A DNA stretch of 64,000 bases from an uncultured Candidatus Saccharibacteria bacterium (GTDB lineage Bacteria > Patescibacteriota > Minisyncoccia > Portnoybacterales > UBA2143), in assembly GCA_964413015.1 (NCBI GenBank), contig CAYPQZ010000006.1, forward strand, positions 7,070 to 71,069, given 5' to 3'. This document shows positions 45,952-55,795 of the stretch, piece after piece. The notes under the pieces are model-generated. The model did no database searches. It was not told where the DNA came from and saw nothing but the letters and a program-made list of their open reading frames with translations. The first letter of the stretch is position 1. Each line of letters starts with the position of its first letter. The translations under genes and the position numbers were made by a program.

Positions 45952-46869
45952 ATGGAAGAAGGAAATAAAGGAATCAGGTCCTTGATACTTTTTTCAGGTG
46001 GCTTAGATTCTATTTTATTAGTTAAAATTTTAAGAGAACAAGGCGTAGATATAGCTGGCATAAATTTTGTCAGTTATTTTTTTAATGAAGATTTAGCAGT
46101 CAAAGCGGCTAAAGATTTAAAACTTAAGTTAAAAATATTTGATTTTTCGGAGGAACATTTGGCAGTAGTCAAAAAACCCCGTTACGGCTACGGCAAAGCG
46201 ATAAATCCTTGCATTGATTGCCACCTTTTAATGCTTAAAAAGGCCAAGGGAATAATGGTCAAAGAGAAATTTGACCTGGTGGCTACCGGCGAGGTGCTGG
46301 GGGAAAGGCCGATGTCCCAAAACAGGCAGGCCTTAGAGCTAATTGAAGAAAAATCAGGCCTAAAAGGAGCTTTGCTACGTCCTCTGTCGGCTAAATTATT
46401 AGAACCAACCATAGCTGAGGAGAGGGGATTAATTGATAGAAATCGTCTTCTTGATATCTCCGGCCGGAGCCGAAAAAAACAAATGTCTTTGGCTAAGAAA
46501 TGGGGGATCCAGGAATACCCCAGTCCGGCTGGAGGGTGCTGTTTGACTGATTTGCAATTTGCCAAGCGTTTTAAAAAAATGCTTAAATATTGGCCTGATT
46601 GCCGAGGCAAAGATGTCCAATTGTTAAAACTAGGCCGCCATTTTTGGCAGGATAATAATCTGCTTGTGATCGGCCGCAATCAGCAGGATAATAAGGAAAT
46701 TAAAAAAACTTCTCTTAAGAGTGATGTTTTAATAGAACCAAAGGCCTTTCCCGGCCCGAGTATTTTAATTAGAGGGGAAAAAAGCGTTTCAGAACAGAGC
46801 TTAATTAAAGCTAAAGAGTTAATGTTTAGGTATTCAAAGAAAGGACGTTATTTAAAGGACAGTCTTTAA
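45952..46869 (+). CDS. PP-loop ATPase, ThiI-like tRNA sulfurtransferase family (no THUMP domain seen)
   Basis: LFSGGLDS PP-loop; CIDCHLL; ATGEVLGERPMSQNRQALELIE...LLRPL resembles the ThiI catalytic domain. Confidence 0.45.
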   Translation: MEEGNKGIRSLILFSGGLDSILLVKILREQGVDIAGINFVSYFFNEDLAVKAAKDLKLKLKIFDFSEEHLAVVKKPRYGYGKAINPCIDCHLLMLKKAKGIMVKEKFDLVATGEVLGERPMSQNRQALELIEEKSGLKGALLRPLSAKLLEPTIAEERGLIDRNRLLDISGRSRKKQMSLAKKWGIQEYPSPAGGCCLTDLQFAKRFKKMLKYWPDCRGKDVQLLKLGRHFWQDNNLLVIGRNQQDNKEIKKTSLKSDVLIEPKAFPGPSILIRGEKSVSEQSLIKAKELMFRYSKKGRYLKDSL

Positions 46870-46945
46870 AAATTAAGGGAATTTAAGGATTGTCCTTATC
46901 ATCAGCGTATCCCAAGGGACATCATTTTAAAAACTGTCCTTAAAT
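46854..46945 (+). repeat. degenerate family-A/B composite repeat
   Basis: aaggacagtctttaaaaattaagggaatttaaggattgtcctt...cccaagggacatcattttaaaaactgtcctt. Confidence 0.5.
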
Positions 46946-47720
46946 GGCTTTAATTTGTTCCATTGTGCCATATTTCTCTTTCACTCAAATTCAAATCGGC
47001 GCGTTTACTTTTTATCCCTGGGGATTTTTCCTGGGCCTGGCTTTTTTGATTGGCTCCTGGTTGGTTTTGAAAGAAGCGGTTAGAAAGGGAATTAACCAAA
47101 AAAAGACGTTTTGGTTGATTGTCTCCGTATTTTTAAGCGGATTAATTGGCTCGCGTTTAGCTTATATTCTCCAATTTCCCAGTTATTACCTGAATCATTT
47201 TTTAGAAATTTTTCAAATTTGGACCGGGGGTCTGATGTTCTACGGCGGCTTGTTAGGCGCCCTAATATCCGGCTGGCTGTATATTAAAAAAACCAGACTG
47301 AATTTTTGGCAAATTGCCGATATGCTTGCGCCGGCTTTGGCGATAGGTATTTTTATTGGTCGAATTGGCTGTTCGCTGATTAACGACCATCAGGGAGCGG
47401 CTACTGATTTGCCTTGGGGAATTATTTGGCCGGACGGGATTATTCGTCATCCGGTTGCTGAATATTTGGCTCTGAACGGGCTAATAATGTTTTTAGTTTT
47501 TTGGTTTTTAAAGAATTATCTTAGGAAGCCCGGCCGATTATTTATTATCTTTATTTTTTGGTATTCTTTGTCTCGTTTCCTGCTTGATTTTACCCGGGCT
47601 TCCGGCACTTTGCTATCCGACCCGCATTATTGGAGCTTAACCGTCAGCCAATGGTTTAGCTTGTTTGCCTTAATAGGCTTAAGCATCTTTTTTATAGCGA
47701 AAAGAGCTATTATCAAATAG
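46944..47720 (+). CDS. lgt: prolipoprotein diacylglyceryl transferase
   Basis: GAFTFYPWGFFLGLAFLIGSW; FYGGLLGA; Lgt signature region. Confidence 0.85.
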   Translation: MALICSIVPYFSFTQIQIGAFTFYPWGFFLGLAFLIGSWLVLKEAVRKGINQKKTFWLIVSVFLSGLIGSRLAYILQFPSYYLNHFLEIFQIWTGGLMFYGGLLGALISGWLYIKKTRLNFWQIADMLAPALAIGIFIGRIGCSLINDHQGAATDLPWGIIWPDGIIRHPVAEYLALNGLIMFLVFWFLKNYLRKPGRLFIIFIFWYSLSRFLLDFTRASGTLLSDPHYWSLTVSQWFSLFALIGLSIFFIAKRAIIK

Positions 47721-47744
47721 GCCTTTTTGTTGTATGATAAAAGC

Positions 47745-50378
47745 ATGAGGAAGGCGTGGCATAATTTCTCCATTAAAAAGGCGTTTCAGGAATTAGGTTC
47801 TAGCGATAAAGGATTGACCAGGCAACAGGCCAAGGAAAGATTAAAAAAGTTCGGTTTAAATCAGATTTCTGAAGACGGACAGGACTCTAAATTAAAGATA
47901 TTTCTGGAGCAAATCAAAAGCCCCCTAGTTTATATTCTTCTGATTGCCGGAATAGTGACTTTTTTTCTGTCCGAATACACGGATACTCTGGTTATTTTCG
48001 GGGCAGTTCTTTTAAATACTTTAATCGGCTATTTGCAGGAAAACAAGGCTAGCCAGGCGCTAGTTAAGTTAAAAAAAGTTCTACGGGTTAAATCAGTAGT
48101 TTTAAGAGACGGGAAAAAGGGAGAAGTTATTCAGAAAAATCTGGTCCCGGGCGATGTCATTTTTTTAAAAACCGGCGGCAAAGTTCCGGCTGACGCCCGA
48201 ATAATTGAGAATAACGGTTTAATGATAAATGAATCGGCCCTGACCGGCGAGTGGATGTCATCCAAAAAAAACAGCCGGGTTCTGCCTGAAAAAACCCCTT
48301 TGGCTGACCGTGATAACATGGTTTATATGGGGACAATTGTTGAGAGCGGCTGGGGCAAGGCGGTAGTGGTTAATACCGGTATGTCCGCTGAAATTGGCCG
48401 GGTAGCCCAGATGATCAGAGAATCAAAAGAAAAGAAAACGCCTTACCAGAAAAAACTTCGCCATTTCAGCAAAGTCGTCGGTTTTGTGATTATGATTGTA
48501 TGCGCAGTCATTTTTCTGGAAGGGATGTTCACTCGAGGCAAGTTTATTGAAATGTTTACCACTTCTATAGCGATAGCTGTGGCGGCCATTCCTGAAGGTT
48601 TGCCGGTAGCGATAACCGTTATTTTAGCCTTGGGTATGCAGAGGATTCTTAAAAGAAAAGGGCTGGTCAGAAGATTGGCTTCGGCTGAAACTTTAGGGAG
48701 CACTTCAATTATCCTGACCGATAAAACAGGAACCTTGACTGAAGGGAAAATGGAAGTTTCCGGGATTTTTACCGGTCGGGGACTAGATGCTTCATTCAAT
48801 CGCGAAGCGCTGAAAATTGTTATGTGCTGCAACGAATCCTTTATTGAGAATCTGGACGAGCCAATGGCCAAATGGATTATTCGCGGGCGGCCGACGGAAA
48901 AAGCTCTTTTGCTAGCCGGAATTCAGGCTGGGTTTAACCAGGACGATTTGGATATAAAACAACCTTTAATTGACCAGTTTCTTTTTGACCCGGCCTATAA
49001 ATACGCAGTCAGTTTGCGCGAGTCTGATTCCAAAAATAATATTTTGTACGTGGTCGGCTCTCCGGAAAAATTGCTGGGTTTATCAAGTTATTTAAGCGAT
49101 GAAGGGAAAGAAAAAAAATTGTTAATCACAGATTACAAAAAAGTCAAAGGGAAGATTAACAAATTAGCCGAGCAAGGATTAAGAGTTATAGCGGTTGCCC
49201 GCAAAAAAATTCCTTCAAAAAAATCAAAAGATTACCAGCAACTAACTGATTTAGTTGAAGAAATGGTCTTCGTTGGGCTAATCGCCTTGCACGACCCGAT
49301 TAGAGAAAAAACTGGGAAAGTTATCAATATTTGCCGTCAGGCCGGGATGAGGCCGATTATTGTCACCGGTGACCATAAATTAACTGCCTTGACCGTAGCC
49401 AATAAACTTGGATTTAAGGTAAGCGAGAAAGAAATCTTAGAAGGCCAGGATTTATCTAAAATTTCTGACAAAGATTTCGGGAAAATATTTAGCAAGATTA
49501 AAGTCTATGCCCGGGTTGAACCGGCTCAAAAATTAAGGATTGTTCGAGCTTGGCAGGAAAGAGGAGAAGTTGTAGCTATGACCGGAGACGGAATCAATGA
49601 TGCGCCGGCGCTTAAAAAAGCCGATATCGGCATTGCTCTAGGCTCTGGGAGCGATATCGCCAGAGAGGTTTCCGATTTAGTTCTATTAACTGACAATTTT
49701 AATGTTATTGTGGCGGCTATTGAAGAAGGCCGAGCGATTGTTAATAATATCCGAAAAACGATCACTTATTTGCTTTCAGACAGTTTTTCGGAAGTCATTT
49801 TAGTCGGCGTGAGCCTGCTTTTAGGATGGCCTTTGCCAATTCTGGCCGCCCAGATTTTATGGGTTAACCTGATTGAAGATGGTCCCTTAGGCATTTGTTT
49901 GGCTTTTGAAAAAAAAGAAAAGGGAATTATGAAGCAGAAGCCGAAAAGTTACAGATTTTCCCTTTTGAATAAAGAAATGAAAACTCTTATTTTTATTATC
50001 GGGTTGGTTACAGATGTTCTTTTATTGGGCCTTTTCTTTTTTTTGTTAAAATATTCCGGATATGAAATGCCTCATATTCGGTCAGTAATTTTTGCCGGAT
50101 TAACCATCGATTCTCTTTTCTATATTTTTTCCTGCAAAAGCTTAAAGCGTAATCTATGGCAAATTAATTTATTATCCAACAAATTTCTAATTTTTTCCTG
50201 GCTGTTTGGAATAATTATGCTGTTAATCGCCTTATATATTCCTTTTTTCCAAGGGCTTTTGAAAACTGTCCCTTTGAATCTTGTTGATTGGGGATTAGTT
50301 CTTGTGTTGGGCATTCTGAATATGTTTTTGATTGAATCTACTAAGTACTACTTCATTACTCATCGGCAAGCATGTTAG
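47745..50378 (+). CDS. cation-transporting P-type ATPase (type IIA Ca2+/Mg2+-like)
   Basis: DKTGTLT, TGD, GDGINDAPAL, 10 TM. ATG 47745 preferred over the listed TTG 47727. Confidence 0.85.
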   Translation: MRKAWHNFSIKKAFQELGSSDKGLTRQQAKERLKKFGLNQISEDGQDSKLKIFLEQIKSPLVYILLIAGIVTFFLSEYTDTLVIFGAVLLNTLIGYLQENKASQALVKLKKVLRVKSVVLRDGKKGEVIQKNLVPGDVIFLKTGGKVPADARIIENNGLMINESALTGEWMSSKKNSRVLPEKTPLADRDNMVYMGTIVESGWGKAVVVNTGMSAEIGRVAQMIRESKEKKTPYQKKLRHFSKVVGFVIMIVCAVIFLEGMFTRGKFIEMFTTSIAIAVAAIPEGLPVAITVILALGMQRILKRKGLVRRLASAETLGSTSIILTDKTGTLTEGKMEVSGIFTGRGLDASFNREALKIVMCCNESFIENLDEPMAKWIIRGRPTEKALLLAGIQAGFNQDDLDIKQPLIDQFLFDPAYKYAVSLRESDSKNNILYVVGSPEKLLGLSSYLSDEGKEKKLLITDYKKVKGKINKLAEQGLRVIAVARKKIPSKKSKDYQQLTDLVEEMVFVGLIALHDPIREKTGKVINICRQAGMRPIIVTGDHKLTALTVANKLGFKVSEKEILEGQDLSKISDKDFGKIFSKIKVYARVEPAQKLRIVRAWQERGEVVAMTGDGINDAPALKKADIGIALGSGSDIAREVSDLVLLTDNFNVIVAAIEEGRAIVNNIRKTITYLLSDSFSEVILVGVSLLLGWPLPILAAQILWVNLIEDGPLGICLAFEKKEKGIMKQKPKSYRFSLLNKEMKTLIFIIGLVTDVLLLGLFFFLLKYSGYEMPHIRSVIFAGLTIDSLFYIFSCKSLKRNLWQINLLSNKFLIFSWLFGIIMLLIALYIPFFQGLLKTVPLNLVDWGLVLVLGILNMFLIESTKYYFITHRQAC

Positions 50379-50388
50379 AATAATCATT

Positions 50389-51414
50389 ATGGAATATTTA
50401 ATTATTTTACTTTTAATAATGATTGTCGGGCTGTTGCTTTTTTTGTTGTTTCGTAAAAAAACAGACAAACCGGAAGGCGAATCCTTGATGATGCTTCAAC
50501 AGCAGGTTAACCAATTAAGCCAGGTTCTGGATAACAAGCTGGCCGAGTCGGCTAAGTCGGTTCAGTCACAGTTTAAAGAAAGCAGTAAGATTATCCGGAA
50601 CGTGACTGAGAAATTAACTAATCTGGATAATACCAACAAGCAAGTAATGGGTTTTGCCGAGCAATTGCAGTCATTGGAAAATATTTTAACTAGTCCCAAA
50701 CAGAGAGGAATTTTAGGAGAATACTATTTGGAAACGGTTTTAAAAAATGTTCTGCCGCCCAAGGCATATCAAATGCAGTATGAATTTGACGACGGTGAAA
50801 TAGTTGACGCGGTTATTTTTATAAAGGACAAAATTATCCCGATTGACTCAAAATTCTCTTTAGAGAATTACAACCGGATTGCCCGAGAAGAAAATGGAGA
50901 AAAGCGTCTAAAACTGGAAAGGCAGTTTAAGCTGGATTTAAAAAAACGAATTGACGAAACGGCCAAATACATCAAACCTAATAAAGGGACTATGGATTTT
51001 GCTTTTATGTTTATTCCGGCTGAAGGAGTTTATTATGACCTATTGATTAATCAAGTGGGGACGGTTAAGATAGCCACCCGAGATTTGATAGAATACGCTT
51101 TTAAAGACAAGCATGTGATAATTGTTTCGCCGACTTCTTTTCACGCCTATTTACAGACCGTCTTACAGGGTTTGCGGGCTTTGCAAATTGAAGAATCGGC
51201 TAAGGGAATTCGCAAGGCGGTTGGCAAGCTGGAAAAGCATTTGAGAAGCTATGAAGAGTATTTAAAAAAATTGGGCAATAACCTTGGAACTACGGTGAAT
51301 ATGTATAATTATGCGTATAGGGAGTTTGGCAAAATTGATAAAGACGCGGCTAAAATCACCGGCGAAAAACCGGAAACCGAGGTTAAAAAAATAGAAAAGC
51401 CGGTTATTGATTAA
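50389..51414 (+). CDS. rmuC: DNA recombination protein RmuC
   Basis: N-terminal TM, coiled-coil, RmuC C-terminal domain. ATG 50389 preferred. Confidence 0.75.
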   Translation: MEYLIILLLIMIVGLLLFLLFRKKTDKPEGESLMMLQQQVNQLSQVLDNKLAESAKSVQSQFKESSKIIRNVTEKLTNLDNTNKQVMGFAEQLQSLENILTSPKQRGILGEYYLETVLKNVLPPKAYQMQYEFDDGEIVDAVIFIKDKIIPIDSKFSLENYNRIAREENGEKRLKLERQFKLDLKKRIDETAKYIKPNKGTMDFAFMFIPAEGVYYDLLINQVGTVKIATRDLIEYAFKDKHVIIVSPTSFHAYLQTVLQGLRALQIEESAKGIRKAVGKLEKHLRSYEEYLKKLGNNLGTTVNMYNYAYREFGKIDKDAAKITGEKPETEVKKIEKPVID

Positions 51415-51427
51415 AGGATAAGCTGAT

Positions 51428-51489
51428 AAGAACAGTCTTTAAAATGACGCCCTTGTGCTCAAGGGACATCATTTTAAGGACTGTCTTTT
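51428..51489 (+). repeat. family-A hairpin copy A4
   Basis: aagaacagtctttaaaatgacgcccttgtgctcaagggacatcattttaaggactgtc. Confidence 0.75.
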
Positions 51490-51536
51490 TAAGTCCACTT
51501 GATTTTTGTTTTCGGATGAGTTAGGATAGGGGTATG

Positions 51537-51671
51537 CCCCGTAGAGAAATTTTGACTCATTCGCCTTAGGCGAATAAGTAAATATACGGGGATATATATT
51601 AAGTTAAGTTAATAAAAAAAGTATAATTTAAGAGTTTTGATATCTCAAAATGTCAAAGTTCTTCTACGGGG
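51537..51671 (+). repeat. family-D structured element copy 2, ending 1 nt before the rplU ATG
   Basis: ccccgtagagaaattttgac ... gtcaaagttcttctacgggg; internal ttcgcc-tta-ggcgaa hairpin; flanked by ggggtatg on both sides. Confidence 0.6.
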
Positions 51672-51672
51672 T

Positions 51673-51993
51673 ATGTTTGCGGTAATAAAAACCGGCGGGA
51701 AGCAGTATCTGGTTTCGCCGGGCGATAAAATTAAAATAGAAAAAATAGACGACCAGAAGGGCAAAGAAATAACCTTTGACCAAGTTTTATTAATGGATAA
51801 AAACAAGACCTTAAAAATAGGAGAGCCGTTGGTTAAAAGCGCTAAAGTCAAGGCAAAAGTTATCAAGCAAGATCGGGCTGAGAAAGTGGTTGTTTTCAAA
51901 TACAAGCCTAAGAAACGCTACCAAAAAAAAATGGGCCATCGACAGCCCTATACTGAAGTAGAAATATTAAAAATTTTATCTTCGGCCAAGTAA
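51673..51993 (+). CDS. rplU: 50S ribosomal protein L21
   Basis: MFAVIKTGGKQYLVSPGDKIKIEKI. Confidence 0.85.
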   Translation: MFAVIKTGGKQYLVSPGDKIKIEKIDDQKGKEITFDQVLLMDKNKTLKIGEPLVKSAKVKAKVIKQDRAEKVVVFKYKPKKRYQKKMGHRQPYTEVEILKILSSAK

Positions 51994-52575
51994 AGCGTTA
52001 GTCAAAGTATTTTCATCAGCGTATTCCAGATCGGAACCAGTTGACAAGCCGCGTCCCAAGCGGCTCGTTTTAATTTTCAGCGGTTTGAGCAGATGTTCAA
52101 TATACAAAGCAGTGGTATCTCCTTCAGTAGTCGGGCTTAAAGCAAAAACAATTTCTTTAACTGGCGGCTGATTTTTTTTGACTCTTTCAATCAACTGCTT
52201 GATTCTTAATTTTTCCGGGTCAATGCCGTCGGCCGGAGAAATCAATCCGCCCAGGACATGATAAAGTCCGTGATACTGTTTGGTTTTTTCCAGGGGCAGA
52301 ATATTTAAAATATTTTCTACCAGGCAGATTGTCTGTTGGTCTCTTCTGGGTTGCCGGCAGATAGAACAGAGCTGATTGTCTTTGCTGGCCAGATTAAAAC
52401 ACTGCGGGCAAAGATGAATTTCGGTTTTAGAACTTTTAATCAAATGAGCTAATTCATCCAAGTTTTTCTGGTCCTGGTTTATTAAATAGAAAACCAGCCG
52501 GGTGGCAGCTCGGGGTCCAATGTCAGGCAGTTTGCTTAACTGGTTGATTAAGTTTTGAATTGATTCAGGGAACAT
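51976..52575 (-). CDS. recR: recombination protein RecR
   Basis: HhH (LSKLPDIGPRAATRL), C4 zinc finger (CPQCFNL...CSIC), Toprim. ATG 52575 preferred; the listed 5' extension runs into repeat A5. Confidence 0.85.
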   Translation of the reverse strand: MFPESIQNLINQLSKLPDIGPRAATRLVFYLINQDQKNLDELAHLIKSSKTEIHLCPQCFNLASKDNQLCSICRQPRRDQQTICLVENILNILPLEKTKQYHGLYHVLGGLISPADGIDPEKLRIKQLIERVKKNQPPVKEIVFALSPTTEGDTTALYIEHLLKPLKIKTSRLGRGLSTGSDLEYADENTLTNALLGRR

Positions 52576-52601
52576 ACCAATTTTGACAATGACAAACAGA
52601 T

Positions 52602-52663
52602 AAGAACAGTCTTTAAAATGACACCCTTGTCCCAAGGGACATTATTTTAAGGACTGTCCTTAT
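52602..52663 (+). repeat. family-A hairpin copy A5 (shorter loop variant)
   Basis: taagaacagtctttaaaatgacacccttgtcccaagggacattattttaaggactgtcctt. Confidence 0.7.
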
Positions 52664-52680
52664 AGTCTTATCAAGCGCCT

Positions 52681-54045
52681 TTATTCACCAAAATGCTTTT
52701 CCAGATTCTTGAAGCTGATTTGGCTTTCGTTAAAAAAGAGTTCTATTTTACCAGTTGGTCCGTTCCGGTGCTTAGCGATATGGACTTCAGCAATATTCTT
52801 TTTCTCAGTATTGGGATTGTCTTTGTCTTCTCGGTAAATGAATAGGACGACGTCGCTATCCTGTTCAATGGCTCCTGAATCGCGAAGGTCCGAAAGTTTA
52901 GGAATGGCCGGCGAACGGCTTTCTACCGCCCGGGAAAGCTGAGAAATTGCCAGGATGGGAAGATTTAATTCTCGGCCTAATGACTTTAAACTGCGCGAGA
53001 CTTCGGTCATTTGTTGGACCGGCGGGTCGCTGGGGTTACGCGGCTGAATCATTTGGATATAGTCAATTACCACCAGCCCTAAATTATGCTCGCTTTGCAG
53101 GCGGCGGGCCATAGTTCTTATTTGCATAACGCTCGGCGAAGGGGTGTCATCAATAAAAATAGAGGCAGCCGATAATTCGTCCAAGGCGCGTTGGATGCGC
53201 TGGAAGTCGTTGTCTGGACCTTCTCCGGAAAGCCGTCCAGTGCGCATCCTCCAAGAATCTACTTCTGCTTGGGAGCAGATTAGTCGGTCAACTAGTTGCT
53301 CTTTAGACATTTCCAAACTGAAAATGGCGGTCGGGATTTTCTCTTTAGTTGAGATGTGCCGGACAAAGTCTAGAGCCAGCGAAGTTTTGCCAAGCGACGG
53401 CCGGGCCGCCAAAACAATCAGATCAGATTTTTGCAGGCCGGATAGATGATTGTCTAAGTCAATAAATCCCGTAGGCACTCCCCGAGTAACTTCTTCTCCC
53501 CGGTGAAGTTTGTCAATTCTTTCAAAAGCGTCTTCCAAGGCATCTTTCACAAGAATGAATTTCTGGCTGATTGATTTTTGGGAGATGCTGAAAATTCTCT
53601 GTTCCGCGCTATCTACTAAGCTTTCAACGTCTTCGTCTTCCTGGTGGCTTATTTGTTCAATTTGGTGCGAAGCGTCAATCAGGTCGCGGAGCGTTTTCTT
53701 ATTCCTGATAATTTTCGCGTAATGGGTAATATGAGCGGCTGTAGGGACTGAATTAACCAAGCTGCTTAAATAAGTAGTTCCGCCTATTTCTTTTAATTGA
53801 TTTTTCTCTTTTAAACGATTGGTTAAGCTTAATAAATCAATCGGCTCGTTTTTTTCGTAAAGCTCAAGAACCGCCTGATAAATATTACTATGGATTTCCC
53901 GGTAAAAATCTTCCGCTTTCAGGATATCGGCTATTCTAAAAATGCTCTCCTTATCCAGCATTAAAGAGCCCAGCACCGATTGTTCGGCTTCAATATTTTG
54001 CGGAGGCAAATATTCCTCGGCTAATTTGTTTTTTTTGTCAGGCAT
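52681..54045 (-). CDS. dnaB: replicative DNA helicase DnaB
   Basis: N-terminal DnaB domain (PPQNIEAEQSVLGS); Walker A PSLGKTS; RecA-like C-terminus. Confidence 0.9.
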   Translation of the reverse strand: MPDKKNKLAEEYLPPQNIEAEQSVLGSLMLDKESIFRIADILKAEDFYREIHSNIYQAVLELYEKNEPIDLLSLTNRLKEKNQLKEIGGTTYLSSLVNSVPTAAHITHYAKIIRNKKTLRDLIDASHQIEQISHQEDEDVESLVDSAEQRIFSISQKSISQKFILVKDALEDAFERIDKLHRGEEVTRGVPTGFIDLDNHLSGLQKSDLIVLAARPSLGKTSLALDFVRHISTKEKIPTAIFSLEMSKEQLVDRLICSQAEVDSWRMRTGRLSGEGPDNDFQRIQRALDELSAASIFIDDTPSPSVMQIRTMARRLQSEHNLGLVVIDYIQMIQPRNPSDPPVQQMTEVSRSLKSLGRELNLPILAISQLSRAVESRSPAIPKLSDLRDSGAIEQDSDVVLFIYREDKDNPNTEKKNIAEVHIAKHRNGPTGKIELFFNESQISFKNLEKHFGE

Positions 54046-54053
54046 TTTTTAAG

Positions 54054-54965
54054 TTAAAGCCATTTTTTCTTTCTGAAGTAAATGACCATTACGCCGGTGG
54101 TGGAAATCATAAAAATAAAGATAATAAACCAGGTAAAACGATTTTGGAGTAAAGGAATTTTCCCGAAAACATTCATTCCGAAAAACCCGACAATTACGCT
54201 TAAGGGGAAGGTAATAAAAGAAACTACCGTCAGGAATTTCATAATATCGCTTAATTTGTAGGAAAGCAGGGAATTGTTGGTTTGCTCAATGGAATTGATT
54301 AATTCCCGGTGATTCTCCAGAACGTTCCAGACCCGGATTGAAGAACCGACGACTTCTTGGCTTAATGGCTGGAGTTCCCGTCCAAAAAAATAATGCGACT
54401 TTTTGGCCAAGATTTCTAAAACTGAACGTTGCGGCTTAAGAGCCCTGCGGAAGTCAATCAGATCTTTTTTGGCCATGGCAATTTCGGTAAGCATTTCTTT
54501 TTCTTTGCCTTGGAAAACCTGTCCTTCAATCTCTTCTATTTTCTCGCTAATATTATCAAGCATAGGCAAACAGGAATCAACTAGCCAATCAAGCAGACCC
54601 ATCAGTAAATGGCCGCTGCTTTTAAAATATTGGTCCTGATGATAGTCCTGAAGATTGCAGTCATCAAAAAATGTTTTTAAATTGGGAATTTCCTGTGCGT
54701 GGCTGGTAATTATGGTATCGGAGGTAACAATAAAATCCAATTCGGTTGGTTTTGTCTGACCAGTCTCCGGGTTGAAAACCGGAAAGTGAAGAACGATGAA
54801 AAGCTGTTCCGCATACTCTTCTATTTTTGGCCGGTGAATCGGCGGGAGGAATTGTTGGACAATAAAAGGGTGTAGATTATATTTTTCTTTTAACTCATCA
54901 AGATCTTTTTGGCTTGGCTTTTCTATGTCAATCCAAATTGTTTTATTAGCGCTTATTGTTTTCAT
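54054..54965 (-). CDS. corA: magnesium/cobalt transporter CorA
   Basis: C-terminal 2 TM with GMN-type motif (FFGMNVF). Confidence 0.85.
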   Translation of the reverse strand: MKTISANKTIWIDIEKPSQKDLDELKEKYNLHPFIVQQFLPPIHRPKIEEYAEQLFIVLHFPVFNPETGQTKPTELDFIVTSDTIITSHAQEIPNLKTFFDDCNLQDYHQDQYFKSSGHLLMGLLDWLVDSCLPMLDNISEKIEEIEGQVFQGKEKEMLTEIAMAKKDLIDFRRALKPQRSVLEILAKKSHYFFGRELQPLSQEVVGSSIRVWNVLENHRELINSIEQTNNSLLSYKLSDIMKFLTVVSFITFPLSVIVGFFGMNVFGKIPLLQNRFTWFIIFIFMISTTGVMVIYFRKKKWL

Positions 54966-55143
54966 AGAATCTCTACGAATTACGAATTTTATACGAATAT
55001 ACGAATAATTTATAATTAGTATATCGGCATTCTGTTTGTAATTTGCAGCAATTTTATTATCAAATATATCTTATCATAATCTTTTCGTATTTGACAACTT
55101 TTGGAAAGGTGATAAAATGTCAATAAGTAGTTAATAATAAATA

Positions 55144-55644
55144 ATGGGAAAAGATGAGAATCTTACATATATTTCTGAAGAAACAGAGGGAGTTAAGAAG
55201 GTCAAGCTTGCCAAAAGCAAGGCGATTAAACTTAAATTAAAAGAGTGCCAAGATGAAAAGGAGGAGTATTTAACCCAAGTCCAGCGAGCTCGGGCTGATT
55301 TAATCAATTTCCGTAGGCGTCAGGAACAGGCCATAGAAGAATTGGGTAAATACGGACAGGAGACTTTTATCAGAGAATTGCTGCCTGTGTTAGACAGTTT
55401 GCGAATTGGAGCCAGAAACAACCCGGAATTGAAATCAGTTAAGAAACAATTAGAGGGAATTTTAAAAAACCGCGGCTTGGGAGAGATTGGAACAAAAGGA
55501 GAAAAATTCAATCCCGAATTTCACGAAGCTATTCAGCAGGTTAAGTCGAAAAAAGAATCGGGGATTATTATTGAAGAGGTCCAAAAAGGATATTTATTAA
55601 ACAATAAAGTTTTAAGACCAAGCAAGGTCAAAATAGCTAAATAG
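55144..55644 (+). CDS. grpE: nucleotide exchange factor GrpE
   Basis: Coiled-coil followed by ADLINFRRRQEQ...LLPVLDSL; upstream of dnaK. Confidence 0.75.
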   Translation: MGKDENLTYISEETEGVKKVKLAKSKAIKLKLKECQDEKEEYLTQVQRARADLINFRRRQEQAIEELGKYGQETFIRELLPVLDSLRIGARNNPELKSVKKQLEGILKNRGLGEIGTKGEKFNPEFHEAIQQVKSKKESGIIIEEVQKGYLLNNKVLRPSKVKIAK

Positions 55645-55795
55645 AATTTTTAATTTCTAATTTTTAATTTTTAAACATTAAAAATTAAGATTTATTTACC
55701 CGCCTGTCAAAGCTACCCGTCAGCAACGCTTAGAGCATAGCTCTTGCGGACTGATGCTTTGCATTGCGGGCAGGTAAAATTAAAAATTAAAATTC

